From: Octopus bimaculoides
Lineage: Eukaryota
Reading direction: 5' to 3'
Length of the DNA stretch: 39,214 bases
Assembly: GCF_001194135.2 (NCBI RefSeq)
Contig: NC_068996.1
Span: forward strand, 27,068,094-27,107,307
Below, piece by piece: positions 33,285 through 39,214 of this stretch. A model generated the notes under the pieces. The model did no database searches. It was not told where the DNA came from and worked only from the letters and a program-made list of their open reading frames with translations. The position numbers were made by a program, and so were the translations under genes. Positions within the stretch are counted from its first letter, which is position 1. Each line of letters starts with the position of its first letter.

Positions 33285-33440
33285 GCAATGAATTAGCTGA
33301 GTTATTAGTCATTAGAACATCAGAGCGATTGTCTTTCACTAGTCATTCCAGTTCTCTGCGCTCTGAGTTCAAATACTATCAAGGTCAACATTGTTTTTCA
33401 TCTTTTCAGGGGCCACTAAAAAAAGTACTTCTCCTGTACA
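33285..33440 (+). mobile_element. degenerate SINE family C copy
   Basis: CTCTGAGTTCAAAT..AAGGTCAACATTGTTTTTCATCTTTTCAGGGG..AAAAAAGTAC. Confidence 0.5.
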
Positions 33441-33869
33441 TAGGTTGATTCCACTCTGTCTCTCTTTCTCTCTCTCTCCCTTTCCTTCTCTCTCCCGCTC
33501 CTTCTCTCTTCCTCTCCTTTTCTTTCTTCTCCTCACTCTTTCTCCCTCTGTTTGCCTGTCTTTCTTTCTTTCTTAGTCATCACATCTCATCATTTTCAAT
33601 GAAACTTGTGACTATTTTGACTGTCCTCGGTCAGCACAAATCTACTGAAAGAATGGACTGGTACTTTCACCCTTTGTTGATAAGGAACAGGAAAAACAAC
33701 AACAGTTGACATTTTGTACAACACTAGACAGAATTACAATACGTAAATTGGTATCACTTCCATCAAAAATTGACTAAAGCAGTGTCAGTTTTTGGCATGT
33801 GTTTACATGTAAAAAAAATGTATATTTCTCTGAAAATCCAATGTGCTCACATTTAGTTCACCTAGGAAC

Positions 33870-34500
33870 ATAAGAATTAAACATTAACAATTTTGTGATT
33901 GGACGAGTTGAAATTAAATTTGTTCAACTCTGATGGCTAAATTGCACATGTAACATTGAACAAGAAAAGAATTTCACCCAGAATGCACAAATATGACAGT
34001 TAAGCGTAGTGATAGCAATGTTATGGTTGGGGGTCACATGCCAGGACAAAGGATTGGTCAGATGAAGAACCTGAAGAATATACATAGCCTACTGAAAGAT
34101 CTTGGAGATGGTTATGTTTCCATATGCCAAGAGTCATTTGAACTCATCATGGGTTTTTCATCATGACAATGACCCAAAGTATATTGCAGGAGTAATCAAA
34201 GAATTCATTAAAATCAATTAAAATCATTAAAATTAATCCAAGTATTGCAGTGACCAGGGCAGTCACCAAATTAAAATCCAATAAAAAGAACCTTCTTGAA
34301 AAGAGTCACCATAAATACTCAACAAAGGAAATCCAAGAAACTGAGTAAGTTGTATGACTTGATTTGGAAAAAATGAAAATCGAAGAAAATCCAGATAATG
34401 TGACCACCCAACTTATGGATGCAATGCCTTGTATATGTGATACCATTTTGAGAAATTTCAGATATCTGGTCAAGCATTGGAGCCATATAATTTTATTGCC
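33870..34500 (+). mobile_element. decayed Tc1-type transposase remnant
   Basis: Frameshifted motifs W.DE.KLNLFNSDG, KEFHPECT..TVKRSDSNVMVGG, FHHDNDPKYIAGVIKEF and VLQ*PGQSPN*NPI. No TIRs found. Confidence 0.6.
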
Positions 34501-34929
34501 CTTGATCTTTTATACACACAGTCCATCCCATTGAAGAGAAATCATATCTTGAATTAAGGTTGATTTTTATGGCATTTGGTAATAATGTCAAATAATGACA
34601 AAGAAGTTTTAAAATTTTCATCTTTAAAGTTACATCATTTTAAAGAATTTTTTTATTAAATCTCTTCTTACTCATACACAGCTTGAACTCCAATGTTAAA
34701 TAAATGGAAATATATACATAATCGTTAATTGCCCAATTTTCTACACTTGCATTGTTCAGACAGAATATGCTGGGGCAGATTTTCTACAGCTGGATGCCCA
34801 TTCTGTGATCAACTCTCACCTGTTTCCAAGTAAGCTAATATTTCCCCATTTCCAGACATGTTTACAAGGGTGATTTGAAATGAACATAATTTGTATGATG
34901 ATAGCACTCATTTACTACTGCCACCGCCT

Positions 34930-35250
34930 TCACCTCTATCATCATCATTTAATGTCTGTTTCCCATACTGGCATGCACTGGACAGTTTGACAGGAGTTTG
35001 GCAAGCCAGAGGGCTACACAAGGCTCCATTTGTCGTTTTGGCATGGTTTCTACAGCTGGATGCCATTCCTAATGCCAACCACTTTACAGGGTGTGTTGGG
35101 TGCTTTTAACATGGCACCAGTAGCTGGAAGGGCAAGGACTTCTCAGCTGAGAGTGGGAGTTGAACTGAGGGAAGTGGACATGTAAGATTAGAGTATGAGA
35201 GAGGGGTAGAAATAGTTGTCTTACTATAGAGGAGATACTTGGCTACACCA
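34930..35250 (-). mobile_element. RTE-tail-type SINE-like repeat (family D)
   Basis: Starts with (CAT)n TTTAATGTC; homologous to 5520-6240. Confidence 0.65.
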
Positions 35251-35624
35251 GTAAGACAATGAAGGTAGGAAAGAGGTAGAGAGAAAGATACAGACAGTTA
35301 GAGTGAGAGACAGAGATATAGATGGTGTTGGAGATCTGTTGAGGTCTCTCTACAGACAGGGAACAGAAGGTATATGAAGGGAGGGATGTTTCATAAAAGT
35401 GAGAAAGAAGATGTTTGAAGATGGTGATGACATAATTGTAGCAAGTGATGGTGAGAGAAAATGAAGTGGCTAGGAGGTGGAGCATGGGATGCATGTAAGA
35501 GCAAGGAGAGTGGTGTGTTGATAGGCACATGAGGGAGACCAAAGGGGCCTTCAGTGGTTGGTGATCATGGATGGTGGGATGAGAGTATTGAGAAGATGGG
35601 TTGTAGGGGTACTTTGACAGGACA

Positions 35625-35628
35625 GTCT

Positions 35629-35716
<88 letters not shown>

Positions 35717-35722
35717 GAGAGA
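35625..35722. repeat. (GT)n(GA)n microsatellite
   Basis: Directly visible. Confidence 0.95.
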
Positions 35723-35789
35723 GGGTGGGTCATGGTTGTAAAGCACATACCTGTACAATTTTACTTAGCTTGACATATCTTCTCAAGCA

Positions 35790-36380
35790 CAATAAATCAC
35801 CAGAGATTTCAGTCCATTGTCATCTCTTCTGTGAGGTTCAACATCTGAAAATCATTTTTCACCATTTCATCCCACATCTTCCTGGGTCTACCCCTTCCAC
35901 AGGTACCCTCCACAATTAGAGGTTGGCCCTTCTTGATGCAGCTGTCCTCATCCATATGCACCGGATGATCATACCAGTGCAGTCTTCTCTCTTCCAAACT
36001 ACATCTGATGTTTTTTATACCCAATTTTTTCTTAAATCATTTACACTCATTTACACATCCAACAGAGCATGCTGGTTTCATTTCTTTCAAGTCCTCAGTA
36101 GTCAAAACCCATGTTTCACTGCTATGTAGCATAATTATATGCACACAGGCAATCTGCCTTTCACTCTGAGGGAGAAGTCCTTAGTTACCAAGAAAGGTAG
36201 TAGCTCTGTGAACTTTGCCCAGCCTGTTCTTATTCCTGAAGTTATGCTTTTATGAAATTATTCTTTCAGAGCTTCCTCCTCCACTTTTAACCTGGTTGCC
36301 AAGATAGCAGAAGCTATCTACTACTTCTAAGGATCCACCCAGATATTTGAGGGTGTTTATTTCTGTACATTCTTAGTGTT
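35790..36380 (-). mobile_element. RTE-clade LINE RT C-terminal remnant
   Basis: Minus strand reads GSLEVVDSFCYLG..RIRTGWAKFTELLPFLVTKDFSLRVKGRL..HSSETW, then IRCSLEERRLHWYDH..MDEDSCIKK..VEGTCGRGRPRKMWDEMVKND. Confidence 0.85.
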
Positions 36381-36446
36381 TATTGTACCTGCACATTAGC
36401 CACACACAAAGACTAAGGGGACACACACACACACACATGTATGAGA

Positions 36447-36602
36447 TACAAGCTTCCTTCAGTTTCCATCTACCAAATCTACTCACCAGGCACTGATCAG
36501 CCCAGTGCTATAGTAAAAGACACTCATTCAAGGTACCATGAAGTGGGACCAAACCCTAAGACCACATGACTGCAAAGCAAGCTTCTTAACCATACAGCCA
36601 TA
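36447..36602 (-). mobile_element. SINE family B head
   Basis: CTTCCTTCAGTTTCCATCTACCAAATCTACTCAC..CTATAGTAAAAGACAC..CAAGGTACC. Confidence 0.7.
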
Positions 36603-36914
36603 CTTGTGTCTCCATTAGGTGTAATATAACTATATAACCCTAAAAGAAAAATGACAGAATGATTAACAGTGACATAATTATAGATCAAATCCACACTATG
36701 AGGATTGATCCTGGGTTAAACAACAACCACCTTGTAATATGATAATCACATTTTGCCTGCAGTTTTACTTCTTCTTACATAAACAACATACCTGAAAATC
36801 TCAGTGAATGTTTCAGCTAAGTTGTTGTTTTTTATTGTTAAAACATGAATGACCTACTGAGTGAGTATCTTCCATATGTGACAGGAATTAATAAGATCTC
36901 AATCACTAACCCTT

Positions 36915-36943
36915 TTCTCTCTCTCTCTCTCTCCCTCTCTCTC

Positions 36944-37012
<69 letters not shown>
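36915..37012. repeat. (CT)n microsatellite
   Basis: Directly visible. Confidence 0.95.
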
Positions 37013-37013
<1 letters not shown>

Positions 37014-37104
37014 TCTTCTCGAAAACATTTTCTTTATTTTTAGTCTTTTAACACAAACAACATGCGTATGGTGTGTGTGTGTGGTCGTGTGTGTATTTAT
37101 ATTA

Positions 37105-37378
37105 TTTTATTTGTTTCAGTCTTCACTGTGGCCATGCTGGAGCACTGTCTTTAGTCGAACAAATCGATCCTAGAACTTACACTATCTTATTCTATCAGTG
37201 TCTTTTGCCGAACTGCTAAGTTACAGGGACATAAACACACCAACATCAGTTGTCAAGCGATGATGGGGGGGGGGACAAATACAGACACACGAACATATAT
37301 ATATATATATATATATATACAGCAGGTTTCTTTCAGTTTCTGTCTACCAAATCCACTAACAAGGCTTTGGTCGACCTG
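37105..37378 (-). mobile_element. SINE family B, partial, internal (TA)n
   Basis: TTGTTTCAGTC..GGCCATGCTGGAGCAC..TTTTGCCGAACTGCTAAGTTAC..GTTGTCAAGCGATG..TCTACCAAATCCAC..AAGGCTTTGGTCG. Confidence 0.8.
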
Positions 37379-37957
37379 ATAGCAAAGCATCTCACCCCTA
37401 TAACTGAGAGTTAGTTTCTTTTATCTTTTAATTCTATTCAACAAACAGTTTTAGGGCTAAGTACAAAGTGTAAGGCCACTCAGTTATTTATATATTTACT
37501 TATTTGACAGCTTTCTTTAAAGCCACAAGAACCATGAAAGCAAGACAATAAATCTGAGATTCTACGGGGAGGGCAGGAAACAAGAAGAGTGACCATCATA
37601 TCAATAATTAGATAAGTAAAAAAAGTATACAATAAAAAGCATACAGTAAAAAATTATATGAAAGCAAATGAACAATAGTAAAAGAAGGATTATAATAAAA
37701 GAAAAGGATTATAATAAAACTAGTAAAGCACTCAGAGAGTGCAGACCTCCGCCAAGCAGCTCATTTCCACCCATATACACGCATGCTGAAAATTGCCCAA
37801 TTTCCCAAACTAACACTGGCAAAAACATAACCTCCTTGGTGGTGGGGGTAAAAAAAATAACACAGCCATATGATTTTAAGAAAAAAACCCTTTAAAAACA
37901 TGAAGGTGGGAGGTATGTGGAAATATACGGGGTTTGGTGTTAGATGAAGAGAGGTAG

Positions 37958-38700
37958 TGAATTAAGGCCATAAAAAGCAAAGGAATGAAGGGAGAAGATT
38001 AATTCCTAATCATGGCAGAGGCAGGAGTCCAGGTGGCCCCTGCACAGAGATAGTCCGAATACAGACAGATGTGGCAAATGACCAGTGGAGCAGAAGTGGC
38101 ATGAGACCAGGGTATCATTGCTGAGTCTGATGTCCCGAAAATGCTCAGTGAACCATTTGGCCAAGCAGCATTCCTTTTGACCAATGTACAGGGAAAGACA
38201 GAGAGAGGAGATGCAGTAGATAACATTGCTGGAGGTGCAGGTAAAAGAGTTGGTGATGTGATAGGAGCAGTGATGGGTGCCAATGAGGATAATGATGTTG
38301 GAGAGGTAGGGGCAGGTGCAACAGCATGGGTGAGAGCAGGAGGAGCCAGGTTGGGAGCCAGGAGTAGGGAAGAAACTGTGGACCAAGAGGTCATGCAGGT
38401 TATGGGAGCATTTGAAGGAGGGAAGGTGTGGGATGGGGAAGATGTATAAGGTGGAGGGTTTGGACTGGAGTCAACAGAAGGCTCAAAGAATGGTGTGTTG
38501 GGGTGATAGGGTGAGGGGGGAAAGGGAGGTGGGTAAGGGTGGAGTTGATGTGGCAAGAGAGCTGAGGGAGAGGACAAGTTCAGCCAAACAAAGAAGTGTG
38601 GAGGTGTCAGGCTGAGGGTCTGGATGTGGGTTTAGTAAGCATTTTAGCACAAGAAGACCGTCATTGTGTGGGATCACTGTGTACAGAGATTTGATGTCAA
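37958..38700 (-). pseudogene. Penelope-like (Neptune-type) GIY-YIG endonuclease remnant
   Basis: Minus strand: HLPSFKCSHNLHDLLVHS..CCTCPY..ITNSFTCTSSNVIYCISSLCLSLYIGQ..KWFTEHFRDIR..VSCHFCSTGH..LSVFGL..ELIFSLHSFAFYGLN. Contains the VIY/YIG pair, the C-x2-C linker and the terminal GLN. Confidence 0.85.
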
Positions 38701-38718
38701 GAGTGAACAGGAGTCAAG

Positions 38719-38750
<32 letters not shown>

Positions 38751-38753
38751 CAT

Positions 38754-38950
38754 GTGAATCGTTGACAATTTTTTTCCTCCATCTTCCTTTTCTATTGGAC
38801 TTTCGTCAGTTTCTGAAGAAGAGCTTTGCTCGAAACATAAAACCACCTTTCTTTCTTTCCCTGAGCATCTGCTAATACTTTACATGTACCACGTCCTCAT
38901 GTTGTTGCTTTTTGTGATTGTTCTTCATTTTTTTGGATTTGCTATGTATA
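38754..38950 (+). mobile_element. about 200-bp hammerhead-bearing repeat (family 2, putative PLE pLTR)
   Basis: Colinear with 27281-27490. Confidence 0.75.
38809..38843 (+). ncRNA. minimal type I hammerhead motif (family 2)
   Basis: GUUU-CUGAAGA-A-GAGC(UUU)GCUC-GAAACAUA-AAAC. Core CUGAAGA and GAAA are intact; stem III is ACAU (two-copy consensus ACGU, cleavage triplet GUA). Confidence 0.7.
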
Positions 38951-39110
38951 TATAATTAATATATATATATATATATATATAGAGATAGGTAGATAGATAG
39001 ATAGATAGATAGATAGATTGTTGTACTTGGGGATGGTCATATTGCCAGTTTAGCCAATAAAAACACACGCACTGTATATTTGGTGTTAATTTGCTTCAGC
39101 TTTATATTAC

Positions 39111-39214
39111 ACTAGCAGAAATACCCAGCTTTGCCCGGGTTAAAGAGAATAATGAAATCTAAAAACGCCGTCTAGACTACGCAACCCTCAACTGTTAGTA
39201 GCTACGACACCATA
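39111..39214 (+). mobile_element. 5' end of a possible HINE/Helitron-like element, running off the window
   Basis: ACTAGCAGAAATACCCAGCTTTGCCCGGG, homologous to 29548-29577. Confidence 0.4.

Noticed and set aside
37999-38615. Pro/Ser-rich 192-aa ORF and the + strand ORFs at 38141-38615
   Set aside because: Alternative frames of the Penelope-like endonuclease remnant; only the 38006-38386 frame carries the GIY-YIG motifs.

Overview
AT-rich, gapped (8 N-runs) eukaryotic intronic/intergenic DNA dominated by microsatellites, SINEs and decayed transposons. The repeat families look like those of an octopus (coleoid cephalopod) genome; this is an inference from remembered repeat sequences, not a search. 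No complete host gene is visible and most listed ORFs are microsatellite or N-gap artefacts. Supported content: tRNA-derived SINEs of several families (three with target-site duplications), three RTE-type LINE remnants, a long CR1/L2-group RT remnant, a near-complete DD36E (Incomer-type) Tc1 element, a pogo-type remnant, mariner and piggyBac-type derivatives, and two different Penelope-like (PLE) GIY-YIG endonuclease remnants. The most striking signal is six minimal type I hammerhead-ribozyme motifs in two families. Four of them form two independent insertions of the same asymmetric palindromic element, with one hammerhead motif on each strand. Three phase-compatible candidate exons of an unrecognised + strand host gene are reported at low confidence.
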